DNA from: Heteronotia binoei
Lineage: Eukaryota
Length of the DNA stretch: 64,000 nt
Direction: 5' to 3'
Assembly (NCBI RefSeq): GCF_032191835.1
Contig: NC_083230.1
Location: 92,256,001-92,320,000 of the forward strand
A model generated the notes under the pieces. The model was not told where the DNA came from, ran no database searches, and worked only from the letters and a program-made list of their open reading frames with translations. Shown here one piece after another: positions 36,401 through 47,558 of this stretch. How positions within the stretch are numbered: the first letter of the stretch is position 1; the number at the start of each line of letters is the position of its first letter. A program made the position numbers and the translations under genes.

Positions 36401-39400
36401 GAGCAGCATTTGCAGCAATCAGCAGCATTTACAGCAACTCTGATTCAAACATCTTGTTCTATATCGTTGGCCTCAAGAACAGCATCCTACATATCAGGTG
36501 GAATGATTTAAAGGAGCTATTTCAGTCCATGCTTGTCTGACTATTTAGAGGAAGGCTTAGAGAAGACAAAGGGTTGCCAGTCTCCAGGTGGGACCTGGAG
36601 ATCTCCAGACTACAGAGATCAGTTCTATTTTGGAGGATGGACTCCATGCTGAGCTCTCTTCTCTCTCCCAATCCAACTTCCCCCGGCTCCCCCCCCCCCC
36701 CCCGGCAAATCTTCAAGTATTTCCCACCTAGAGCTGGCAACCCTGAACTAACACAACTTTCCTGAATGTATGGCTGCTAGCTACTGTTCTTAGTAGGGGG
36801 GCGAGGCTGCAAAAATTAACAGTTAAGGGAGGTTTTAACCTTTTCGCTGCCTGTTTGTTATTTTTGCAATGTCCCATCCCTTACCAGATGCTTTCCCCTT
36901 GCATCTGAGCTTCTTCTGGTTCAGAGGAAAAGCATGTAAAAAACCCCCAAAACCACAGAGGCATTTGCAGGGAAAACATCTATCTTTAAAATATTTATCA
37001 TATTATTCTTTATTACACATGAACATACATGAAGCTAACTTATACTGAATCAGACCCCTGGTCCATCAAGGTTAGTACTGTCTACTCAAACTGTCAGCTC
37101 TTCTCCAGGGTCTCAGACTGAGGTCTTTCCATATCACATACTGCCTGGTAATTTTCATTGGGGATTGAACTTGGGACCTTCTGCATACCAAGCAGAGGCT
37201 CTTCCACTGAGCTAAAGCTCCTGTCAGAGGAGGATCAAGCGATACCAGCTATTTCATCATCCCTGTTTACCTGGGCTGTTTGCATGATGCTTTTGTTTTA
37301 TATTGTGTTCTTTTGCTGAGTTGCCTTGAAGATCTTGTTTTTGAAAGGCAAGTATATATGAGAGTGTGTATACATACACACACACACACAGAGATAGAAC
37401 AACACACTAATTGTTTGACATGTTCTTTGTCATGCTTCTGTTTCTTTTGCATATCAGAAAATGGATTGAAAATTCCAAACTGAAAGATATAAAGTTTAAA
37501 ATTGTGGAATTTAACCCCATGGTACTAAAAGGGAAACTCCGACCAGATGCAGCCCGCCCTGAGTTACTTCAACCTGTGAGTACCTAGCCAATATGAAAAA
37601 AAAAAGTGAAAACCAGTTTTCTTTGAAAAAGATGCATGTCCTTTTGCATAGCAGGCATCTCACAACCCTTGTGTTTATCCTGGAAGAAACATGATAACCC
37701 ACCCTTATCTCTACAATAAACCTATCAAAAGCTAGAGGAGATGAGTGGACACTTATTTTGTTCAAGGAGCTGAAGAAAAGAGGCCATAAAGATAGGCTAC
37801 AGCTTTTTCTGTCCCCTCCCCCTCCTAAACCTAACAACTGCCTAGAGATTTCAGTGATCATGAGTATGTGCAAAATACTTTCCTACTACTATTGAATGTC
37901 CTCGGATATAGGAATAGGGGGAACCTGGCTTCCAGGAAAGTTTGAATCCAAGCACCTTGTTTCCATAATTGAAACTCTAATATGAAAGGCATGCAAGGTA
38001 TCTGTTTCGTTAGAAATATTTATCCCAGTCACTGCTTGATATTGAATCAGACATTCCTACAAATCATCATTTAATGTTTCTGGATGACTTCTGCTTTATA
38101 GACTTTGTTGAAATCCTTCCCTTTTTATTCAACAGCTGAACTTTGTTCGATTTTACCTTCCTCTACTTATCCACGAACATGAGAAAGTGATATATCTTGA
38201 TGATGATGTAATTGTCCAAGGTAAGGGGCTTCTCTTCCCTCCATCATCTGAAACAGTGAAGACCCTAAAATGTATAGACTACATAGTTTTAAAAAAATTA
38301 GCTAAGATGTATTTGAAATTAATCAATATTAATTAATATAGATCACTTGTTACTTATTCTCAACAAAAGAAAAATTTCTGACAATGTTAGTTGTTTGGTA
38401 CATTCTAGGTGTTCATTGCATATGATCAGGGTAGAATTGTTATAAAAGTTACAAATGTATGTATAAGGTGTCCAGTTCTGTGCCAGCAGCTGTACAATTG
38501 ATAAAACACAAGTCTTTGTTAATGTCTTATGAATAAAAGTAGGAATAATAATAATACTTTTTATTTATATCCCGCCCTCCCCGCCAGGGCAGGCTCAGGG
38601 CGGCTCACAACATAAAAATACAATATACATCAACAGTTATACTTATAAAATCATCATTAAAACAATTTACAAGTTATATTAAAATTAGCATTATGGTGCT
38701 ATAAACATTAAATCTTCAGTAAGGTTCAGTAGCTAAAAACATATCCAGCGGCACTTTCTTAGCTTGTCATTAGTTGAAGGCTATTTTGAAGAGGTAGGTC
38801 TTACAGGCCCTGCAGAATTGATCTAAACATCGTAGGGCCTGCACCTCTTTTGGGAGTTGATTCCACAGCAGTGGAGCTGCAATGGAGAAGGCCCGATCCC
38901 GGGTTGTCTTCAATCTGGCCTCCCTTGGCCCAGGGATATTCAGCTGGTTTTTTCCAGCTGACCTCAGCGCTCTCTGGGGCTCATATGGGGAGAGACGGTC
39001 CCTCAGGTAGACAGGTCCTCGGCCATATAGGGCTTTAAAGGTAATGACCAGCACTTTGTAACGAACTCGGTATACCACTGGCAGCCAGTGCAGTCCACGC
39101 AGCCCCGGCTGTATGTGCTCCCATCTTGGGAGCCCCAGCAGCAGCCTAGCTGCCGCGTTCTGCACCAGCTGCAGTCGCCGAGTTCGGCACAAGGGCAGCC
39201 CCATGTAGAGGGCGTTGCAGTAATCCAGTCTCGAGGTGACCATAGCATGGATCACCGTTGCTAGGTTCCGGCGCTCCAGGAAGGGGGCCAGCTGCTTCGC
39301 CCGTTGAAGATGAAAAAACGCAGACTTGGCAGTGGCCGCTATCTGTGCCTCCATTGATAATGAAGGCTCCAGAAGAACCCCCAAGCTCTTGACCCTATGG

Positions 39401-42400
39401 GCTGCTTTCAGCAGCACACCGTCAAAGACCGGCAAGGGGATTTCCCTTCCCAGGGCACCGCGGCCCAAGCAAAGGACCTCTGTCTTCGTTGAATTCAACT
39501 TCAGCCAGCTCAGCCTGAGCCAACCTGCCACGGCCTGCAGTGCTAGGTCCAGGTTTTCTGGGACGCAGTCAGGTCGGCCGTCCATTAGTAGATAGAGCTG
39601 GGTGTCATCTGCATATTGATGGCACCCAAGCCCAAACCTCCGAGCAATCTGGGCAAGGGGGCGCATGTAGATGTTGAACAACATCAGAGAGAGAACTGCC
39701 CCTTGTGGCACCCCACACACTAATGGGTGCCTCCGGGACAGCTCTCCCCCAATTGCCACCCTTTGTCCCCGTCCATCAAGGAAAGAGGAAAGCCACTGTA
39801 AGGCCAACCCCCTAATCCCTGCGTTGGCGATCCGGCGGGCCAGTAGCCGATGATCGACCGTGTCGAACGCAGCCGACAGGTCCAACAACATCAGCACCGC
39901 TACGCCGCCTCGATCCAGATGCCGCTGGAGGTCATCCACCAAGGCGACCAGCACTGTCTCCGTCCCATGGCCTGGACGAAAGCCGGACTGGTGGGAGTCT
40001 TAGGCAGAAGTGTCATCCAAAAAACTCTGCAACTGTAGCGCCACTGCTCTCTCAATAACCTTACCTAAAAATGGTAAGTTCGAGACCGGTCGGTAGTTCG
40101 CCAATTCAGCCGGATCTGCTGAACTCTTTTTTAAGAGAGGGCAGACCATAGCCTCTTTCAAGGATGTTGGAAATTGCCCTTCCAAGAGGGATCTATTTAT
40201 GATATCCCGTACAGGATATCTAAGCTCCCTCTGGCAAGATTTAATTAGCCAGGAGGGGCATGGGTCAAGATCGCAAGTTGTAGGGCGTACAGTTGCGAGA
40301 ATTCCGTCGACTTCCCCTAGGCTAAGCGCGTCGAAGTGATCCAAGGTAACATCAGAAGACAGGCACGGAGCCCCGGGTTCTTGTACTGCATCCAATGTGA
40401 CAGGAAGGTCCTGGCGGAGCGAGGAGATTTTATCTGCAAAAATTTTTGCAAAAGCCTCACAGCCTATTTCCAATTCTCTCATGTTTGGTCTGCCTTGAGG
40501 CAGAGTAGTCAAATTCTCAATTATCTTAAATAATTGTGCCGGGCGCAAATTTGCAGATGCAATCCTAGCCGCAAAGTAATCCTTCTTTGCGGCTTTGACT
40601 GCCATCTCATAAGACTTCATAAACGTTCTATAGGATGTTCTCGTCGCTTCATCACGAGTATGCCGCCACCGCCTTTCGAGTCGTCTGAGTCCCTGTTTCA
40701 ATTGGTGTAGCTCCAAGGTGTACCATGGAGCCAGCCTATTTCGGGGGCGCAGAGGACGCCGGGGTGCGATCTCGTTGATGGTCCTGGATAGCCTGTCATG
40801 CCAGGTCTCTACCAGGTCATCAACAAAATCGCTAGGGGGCCAGGGGTCCCGCAGAGCCCTTTGGAACCGCTCAGGGTCCATCAGACTCCGTGGGCGAGCC
40901 CAAATAGGCTTGCTGCCCATACAGGGTTGAGGCAGCGCACCCACACGAGCCTTAAGGGCTAGGTGGTCTGACCATGGCACCGCTTCTGCTGCGATACTGT
41001 CCACCAGAATCCCGGACGCAAAGATCAAGTCTAACATGTGCCCGGCCTGATGCGTGGGGGTGGTAACAAATTGGGAGAGTCCTAGTGTCGCCATGGAAGA
41101 CACTAGGTCCAGCGCCTGATTGGAGGCCATGTCATCCACATGGACGTTGAAATCGCCCAAGACCATAAGCCTTGGGAACTCCAACGCCCAGCTTGCCACG
41201 GCCTCCATCAGGGCTGGTAAGGCGCTGGCTGGTGCGTTAGGCGGACGGTACACCAGCCAAATCGCCAACCCCTCCCCCACTTCCCACGTCAGACCGGCAC
41301 ATTCCAGGCCATCGATCGTTGGGGCCGGGAGAGCCCTGAAGGAGTAACCCTCCCATATGAATAGCGCCACCCCTCCCCCCGCCCGGTTGTCCGTGATTGG
41401 TGAAAGACCGAGTAACCTGGGGGCGCCATCTGGGAGAGAGCCACCGTCTCTCCATCCCGCACCCAGGTCTCGGTCACGCAAGCCAGGTCCATATCCTGCT
41501 TAAGCAGGTATTCCCTAAGGATTGAGGTCTTATTATTTATGGACCTGGCATTACATAACACCAATGACGGAGACGGGCTTTCCCTCTTTGTTACCATTAG
41601 AAACTCATGGCATCAGAGATTGCAATTCTTGGACACAGGCTATTGGAAAGTATGGAATTGTGGTTGAAGGACTGGCAGATATTCTCTGAGAAACACGATA
41701 CATTAGTTTTTCCTCAATCAGGGCTTATATCATGACTACAGCTAGAGTTGGGAAGGCATTTTTCCTTTTGTCTGGATTCTGAGCCCCTTCCAGGAGACTT
41801 ATAACTTGACTTGCATATCTGAACCAAGTGGGTTGTTTCAGTAAGTTTCTTTCAAATGCCAGGAACTTCTTGTACAAGGCCTTGCTCTTGATATCTGCAT
41901 ATGGCACTGTCATGATCTCTGTCACCTTGTGGGGCAAGACTAGCCACTATCCTGCCCTTCCTTTTTACTGTCACTGCCATTAGCTCGGGTAAAACCCAGC
42001 CCCTTTCTCTCTATCAGGCCAGCTTCACAGGAGCGTATTACTGTAGCATGTCAAGGAATCGAAGACAGGTGGGTAAGGAATTGTGCATACTCTCTCAAAT
42101 TAAAACAACTTTAGTTCTACAAGGCATGAAGTCATGGCACTACATGGATAGATTTAGGTGCACTGAACAAAATAAACAAAAGGACAGCTACTAACTAGGT
42201 ACTTACAATTCCAGGTCTATCTGGTCTTTGTTTGTTGCAGGATGCCCCCATCCCTGGTGCATCTGCAATCCTCTTTAGTGTCATTCCCTTCTGTCATGTC
42301 AACCTTCATGACAAAACTCAGGAGAGACATCTCTCTTTGTGCACTCCAAACCTCCAGGGCACCCCGCTCAAAGGAACAGCTACCCTTTTCAGACCCGCCT

Positions 42401-45400
42401 GCGTGTGCTTCATGGCCTTCAGACTATCTGGGTGCCAGGTCCTGGGGCTCAAACCCACAAGACTTGAACTTTCCAAACAAGAGGTGTTAACACATCAAAG
42501 GACGAGCATGTTTCCCTCTTAGTTGGGAAAGCATGCTGTCTACCCAGGAAGAGCTCTTTCGTCCCTTCTTCATAGCCACAGAGACATCAAGGTCCCTTTC
42601 TATCACCCTGTCAGCCTCTCTTGCCCTGCTGCCTCTCAATACATCCCAGGGCATACTGCAGGAAAAGGATCAAATACAATTTATAAAAAGCACATTTCTA
42701 GTTCCTAAATAAGCACATAGCAGACCAGTTGTTCTCTTCAAAGAGACATCCCTTCCTGTAAGAGAGAGAAGGAGAAATACCTCTTCTACATTGGTGCTAG
42801 CTTCCAGCTTGTTTTGTAAGCACGGCAAAATCTTGTGAGTACAGCTGACATAGTGAAAAGTGCAGACCAATGAGACCCTTGAACAAGCTTCTATTTTTTA
42901 AAAGGTGACATTCAAGAACTGTATGACACCAAGCTAGCTCCTGGGCACGCTGCAGCTTTTTCAGATGACTGTGATTTGCCATCGACTCATGAAATGGTCA
43001 GAAGTGTAGGAATGCAGGTAAGAAATCTTTGCAACATAAAAATGTATTCCTAGAGTACAGTCCTGCTTAATTCTTCTGGAGTTTGGGTGTGTTTATACAC
43101 AGTATCTTTAGGGAATAAGGCAGTATTGGAACTTACATAGGTCTTCTGATGCTCATCATACGATGCAAATTGAAACAAATTAAAAGGATCTGAGCATATG
43201 CATAGTGATGCATTCAAGATTGAAAAGGGAGGGAAGCAAGTAGGCCAGGAATTGTCCCTTGGCTTGTAGAATTAATTGCTGTTATTAATTTACCCACATG
43301 GCTTTATATGATAGCAGAGGTCCAAGAGAATTTCAAGTTGTATAGCCTGTCTCCCTCTTCATTTCTTATAATGTTGAAGACAGTGTTATACAGTGGCAAA
43401 AGAGTCAGATGGCAACTATGAGATCTGGATTCCAATTTCTTCTTTGAGATAAAGCTCACTGGATGACCTTGGGCCAGTCACTCAGTACAACCTACTTCAC
43501 AGGGTTGCTGTAAGATAAAATGGGAGGGAGGAGAGGGTCATGTATGCCCCAAGAGCTCCTTGGAGGATCGATAGGATGAAAATGTAACAAATAGTGACTG
43601 GATTCTAGAAGCCAACAGTCCCTAATCTGCTTGCTCCTCCTTCTCAGCTCCCCCCACTGGTGGATTTTGAATGCATTCCTGAGCAAGCACATGTTTTTTC
43701 TTTCAGTCTAACACAAGAATGACTGTTACTAGGCCAAGTTATAAACAAACTATGAAATGGCTGGGTGTTTGTAGAGTCATTTTGCACTTCATTTGTTTCT
43801 TTTTTAAAGAACACCTATATGGGATTCCTAGACTACCGGAAACAAATAATTCGTGATCTTGGCATTAGCCCCAGCACCTGCTCCTTTAACCCTGGTGTCT
43901 TTGTCGCTAACATGACGGAATGGAAGCACCAACGAATTACAAAGCAGTTAGAGAAATGGATGCAAAAAAATGCTGAGTATGTACAAAGTGCTCTCTCTCC
44001 CCTGCAGGATTCTAAAGTTCATACAGTTGGTATTATTTGATTGAGATGCAGACTTCTAAGGAATTTATCATGGAAGAACACCAGGATAGGTAGGCATAGG
44101 TCCTTAATAATTTCTCTTGACATTTTGTTTTAACAGAATGTGGATTAAAAGAGCCAAGGAGCTATTTAACTTTTCCCACATGTCATTTCCCCTAACTGGT
44201 TATGCCTAACTGGGAAAAATCTGTGGGATACAAGCAGTTTCATAAAAGGAACTTGGGACAGCAATTTCCAGCCCAAAAAAACATGAAGGAAAAATAATGA
44301 AATCTCTGCTACTGTCCTTCCTTTGAATTAGTTCCTGCAGTTGTGCTGTTAAAACAAAAAAAGGTTTGGGAAAATAATTGTAGACCTACCTTGACATGAA
44401 ATTCTACACTCAGATTATTTTTGGCATACTTCCTTTGGCACTTTAGATTCCTTTGCTGTACTTGCAGAGTCTCCACTACTTAAATACCAGACAAGCATAT
44501 ACAACATAAATGCTGTTTGGGGAGACTTTCTTGTGTGTTAGCTCATCATCATACCCTACTGGGCATTTGAACAAAGAAATTGAGTGCATACAGCGGATGT
44601 CAGTCATCTTGTAGATTTCAGCCCTAGTAGTGTTATAGCACCCTAACCTCATCAGATCTTGACTGCTAAGCAGGGTTAGCCCTGGTTAGTACTTGGATGG
44701 GAGATTGCCAGGGTAGTCCATGGTTGCTATGTAGAGGCAGGTGATGGCAAACCACTTCTGATCCTGTTTTGCCTTGAAAACCCTATGGGGTTGGCATAAG
44801 TTGGCTGTGACTTGACTGCACTTTCCAATGCCACTCATGTTGCTGTTCAATTTTTTTGAGTGCTACTCTGATCCTTTCTGCCTGCCCCCCTCGTTTACAT
44901 GAGTGGAAATGTGCTATGCTTTCTGGGTTACCATACAGTTAAGTAATAGACAATTTTTCCCTCCTAAAAACAACAAAACAGAATTTTCTTTTTAAAATCT
45001 TTTCAGAGAAAACCTTTACAGCAGCACTCTTGCAGGAGGTGTGGCCACTCCCCCAATGCTCATTGTATTCCATGGAAAATATTCACCCATTACTCCTCTG
45101 TGGCATATTCGCCATCTAGGTAAGTGTTTGACTACAAAAAAAAAGAGATCCTCAGCCTCAGGATGACCTTATTATACTGAAGGTTTCCTGCATACAAGAA
45201 ATAGCACATACTTCCAAGTTACATGCTGAATCAGAAGTTTCCAACCTTGGTGAATTAAACTAATGTTTAATAGCTATGTACACATGCAACATTTGAGAGG
45301 TGAGAAAGCATATATACTTTTTTTTGTTAGGGTTTGTAAAATCTTTCGGGCTCAAGTGCCGTGTTCTACTGGAGAAAGTTTTTCTTCCAGACGTTTCGTT

Positions 45401-47136
45401 CTCCACAGCCGAGAACGAAATGTCTGGAAGAAAAACTTTCTCCAGTAGAACACGGCGCTTGAGCCCGAAAGATTCTACAAACCATAATGATGTTACCAGC
45501 CGTGAAAACCTGAAATCTTTGATACTTTTTTTTACTTTGTATTCTACAATTTAGTCATTTTATATCAGAACATTGTTTCACTTATCGACCTCCCTCCCTC
45601 ATTCCATCCCAGCTCTACAAGATCTGCTGGACCTGGACAATAGGTCACATATGTGAGGCAAAATCTGCCATCTTAGTCTGTCTAATTTTAGATTTTATAT
45701 TTTAAACTGGTCTTTTACTGTTTTTACTGTTGACTTTTTATGATGTAACCTGCCCCGAGCCTGTTTTTCAGGAAGGGCAGGCTAAAAATAAAATAAACAT
45801 GGACTGCTACAAAATTTGTATCTGAATTTAGCAGTTAAAAGTTGAGCTCCTTTGATAACACAAAGATAGATGTTCAGTGTCACAAAAGTTCTCCCTCTTC
45901 AGGCCACAGTAAATCTCTCAAACATGTGAGCCCCAGCGAAAGTCATGATTAAATCCCACTGACCTCACAGTCACATTAGTTTCTATACGATTTTGGATTC
46001 TCAACAGATTTTCCAAAAAACCTCCATCTATTTTGTGTGAAAGCAGCATTTACTTTTCAGAAATGCATTTAATAAGCTAATTCGTTTTTCATGATAGGTG
46101 ATAGAAATGAAAATTGCAAGTTTTTTAACATTAGTTGAAAAAAATATGGGGTATAATACAGCCATAGGGATTTAAGGCTTTACATCTGTCACTGAAGGAA
46201 GGGCTGGTTGACATGTGCAGGAGCATCAGATGGGAATGAGATGGTAGAATGGATAATGCACAGTCAGTCTGCATTTAGAAGACTTGTTTTGAATGCTTCA
46301 CCACATTAAGAATACCCAGCAAATATAAAATTAACATAACAGAGGGAAGGACTTAAGCCCAGCTTCTTGTCCACTATGCTATAAAAGGTAAAGGTAGTCC
46401 CCTGTGCAAGCACTAGTCGTTTTCCAACTCTGGGGTTACATCGCATCACATTTTCATGGCAGTTTTTTTAATGAGGTGGTTTGCCATTGCCTTCCCCAGT
46501 CATCTACACTTTACCTTCAGCAAGTACCGACCTCAGAAGGATGGAAGGCTGAGTCAATCTTGAGCCAGCTACCTGAACCCAGCCTCCACCGGTATCAGTC
46601 AGGTCATGAGCAGAGCTTGCACTACAGTACTGCAGCTTATCACTCTGTGCCATGGGGCTCATCTGCTATGCTCTCTCTCTCTATATATATATACTTACAC
46701 ATTTACAATTTAATTTAAGCATTTGATGACAATGAAAAATGTCATCATCCAAGTGAAGTGGACCCCATTCTATTAAATGCATGTGTACATCAGACCTAAG
46801 TTTCACAAAGGCTAAGGAATATTTCTGAAAAAAAATCAGAGTTGCATTCCTTGGTTTGAGAAATAAGCAAGTATTTAAGATGGCTAGATCGTGCCTATGC
46901 TGACTTTTTTTTGAGGTTTATCAGTAAGAGGTGTAATAAAACTTTTATTTTTGACACACCCAGGCTGGAGTCCTGATGCCAGGTACTCAGAACAGTTTCT
47001 TCATGAAGCCAAGTTACTTCACTGGAATGGAAGATACAAGCCTTGGGACTACCCCAGTATTCACACTGACCTTTGGGAAAAGTGGTTTGTCCCTGATCCT
47101 TCAGGGACATTTAAACTGATTCGTCCTAACAGCTGA
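24399..47136 (+). CDS. GLT8D2: Glycosyltransferase 8 domain-containing protein 2, complete CDS, 1056 nt / 351 aa (type II membrane GT8)
   Basis: join(24399-24417, 25587-25685, 36329-36497, 37458-37575, 38136-38220, 42905-43017, 43810-43976, 45007-45119, 46964-47136). Phases are continuous and the length is divisible by 3. [24 protein letters not shown] signal-anchor, [13 protein letters not shown] motif, LLHWNG motif. Confidence 0.96.
25587..25685 (+). CDS. GLT8D2: GLT8D2 coding exon 2 (99 nt)
   Basis: [33 protein letters not shown]; tttcag| and |gtacat. Confidence 0.93.
27254..27690 (+). mobile_element. Degraded L2 RT C-terminal fragment
   Basis: [16 protein letters not shown]...[15 protein letters not shown]. 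Confidence 0.75.
27873..33950 (+). mobile_element. Young 5'-truncated L2 LINE (ORF2 endonuclease tail plus RT), split by an L1
   Basis: ORF 27873-29840 ([37 protein letters not shown]) resumes in frame at 33471-33737; 3' tail gcgggatataaattct(aaata)n; CpG-rich; 4-bp ATAG duplication at the ends. Confidence 0.95.
29841..33456 (-). mobile_element. L1/Tx1-clade LINE with 5' inversion (non-inverted part 29841-32178 on minus; inverted part 32179-33456 on plus)
   Basis: RT and CCHC on minus, EN (NIYAPN, GDFN, SRID, DH) on plus; A-rich tail with AATAAA; 14-bp TSD tggttatcaccttt at 29827-29840 and 33457-33470; TTT/AA target site. Confidence 0.95.
34226..34456 (+). mobile_element. tRNA-derived SINE inserted in the CR1
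   Basis: agccagtttggtgtagtggttaag A-box head, degenerate B box ttgattccc, MIR-like core acctcacagg. Confidence 0.7.
35270..35406. mobile_element. Palindromic hAT MITE inserted in the CR1 5' region
   Basis: Perfect TSD atctagag; same family as 18541-18676. Confidence 0.9.
35956..35995 (-). ncRNA. Minimal type-I hammerhead ribozyme motif in a Penelope-like pLTR remnant (35890-35997)
   Basis: Minus strand: cgt CTGATGA a gtgtgct-taag-agcacac GAAA GC TT acg. Intact core, 7-bp stem II, palindromic AGCU stem III, 3-bp stem I. Confidence 0.7.
36329..36497 (+). CDS. GLT8D2: GLT8D2 coding exon 3 (169 nt)
   Basis: [24 protein letters not shown]...NSILHIR; poly-T acceptor; weak donor |gtggaa. Confidence 0.92.
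37458..37575 (+). CDS. GLT8D2: GLT8D2 coding exon 4 (118 nt)
   Basis: [39 protein letters not shown]; atcag| and |gtgagt. Confidence 0.95.
38136..38220 (+). CDS. GLT8D2: GLT8D2 coding exon 5 (85 nt, DXD motif)
   Basis: [29 protein letters not shown]; aacag| and |gtaagg. Confidence 0.95.
38544..41597 (-). mobile_element. Young L2 LINE, near-complete ORF2 (EN plus RT), two frameshifts
   Basis: ORFs 41289-41597, 40000-41481 and 38770-39954 ([26 protein letters not shown]); (att)n 3' tail; CpG-rich. Confidence 0.95.
42905..43017 (+). CDS. GLT8D2: GLT8D2 coding exon 6 (113 nt)
   Basis: [37 protein letters not shown]; |gtaaga. Confidence 0.95.
43390..43580 (+). mobile_element. Old MIR-like/CORE SINE (similar remnants at ~1770-1900, ~21200-21310, ~60370-61110)
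   Basis: gatgaccttgggccagtcactc...ctacttcacagggttgctgtaagataaaa core. Confidence 0.55.
43810..43976 (+). CDS. GLT8D2: GLT8D2 coding exon 7 (167 nt)
   Basis: [55 protein letters not shown]; |gtatgt. Confidence 0.95.
44638..44826 (+). mobile_element. 5S rRNA-derived SINE (SINE3 type) with an RTE-like tail
   Basis: gctaagcagggttagccctggttagtacttggatgggagattgcc matches the 5S internal control region; tail ataagttggctgtgacttgactgcac. Confidence 0.75.
45007..45119 (+). CDS. GLT8D2: GLT8D2 coding exon 8 (113 nt)
   Basis: [37 protein letters not shown]; tttcag| and |gtaagt. Confidence 0.95.
45331..45523. mobile_element. Penelope-like (Poseidon-type) pLTR fold-back: 73-bp inverted repeat
   Basis: Arms 45331-45403 and 45411-45483 with a 7-nt loop and 3 mismatches; the right arm continues into a pLTR end (...ccagccgtgaaaacctgaaatctttgata). 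Confidence 0.8.
46383..46658 (-). mobile_element. Sauria SINE
   Basis: Homologous to 10811-11107. Confidence 0.85.
46964..47136 (+). CDS. GLT8D2: GLT8D2 last coding exon (173 nt to TGA)
   Basis: [56 protein letters not shown]. Confidence 0.96.
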
Positions 47137-47482
47137 TGCCATTATTTACATTTATGACATCTGAGTTGTTATTTCCAGCCCACACAAGGGACATAAGTCT
47201 ACATAGTACAAGATGATGTGATTTACCTCCTTCATTGTACAGTTGTATGAGACTGCAGTTGACTTATGCAGTCACCATGAGTGATGTTGAAGCAGTGTCT
47301 CAAAATGAAACTAAGTGTGCAGTGGAACTATTTTGAAGTGTGCACAGAAGCTCCAGTATCATCATGCTATTGAGATTTCAACTCCTACGGAAATGGCTTT
47401 TATGAAATCAGGAACTCCTTTCCAGCATTAAATTATATCCTGTAAATATTAGATTTCTTGCTAACCACCTGTAACACTTCTG

Positions 47483-47488
47483 AATAAA
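47483..47488 (+). terminator. GLT8D2 polyadenylation signal AATAAA
   Basis: First canonical hexamer seen, ~350 nt after the stop codon, followed by T-rich sequence. Confidence 0.65.
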
Positions 47489-47552
47489 AACGCTTGTTAT
47501 ATAGCCTTTCTGTAGTCAATATTAAACTAGAATTAAAATTAAACATCAGTTT

Positions 47553-47558
47553 TTTATT
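47553..47558 (-). terminator. Probable TDG distal polyadenylation signal AATAAA
   Basis: tttatt on the + strand; the only canonical minus-strand hexamer I found between the TDG stop and the GLT8D2 3' end; implies a ~3.4-kb 3'UTR. Confidence 0.55.

Noticed and set aside
41600-41960. 70-aa minus-strand ORF beside the L2 5' end
   Set aside because: Possibly an old retroelement fragment, but I could not assign a family from motifs.
42241-42490. Strong-looking acceptor (ctttgtttgttgcag) followed by an 82-aa ORF in a GLT8D2 intron
   Set aside because: No recognisable homology and no clear donor; the GLT8D2 model is complete without it.
44638-44710. 5S rRNA gene
   Set aside because: Partial, diverged and fused to a SINE body, with no complete 120-nt 5S or terminator.
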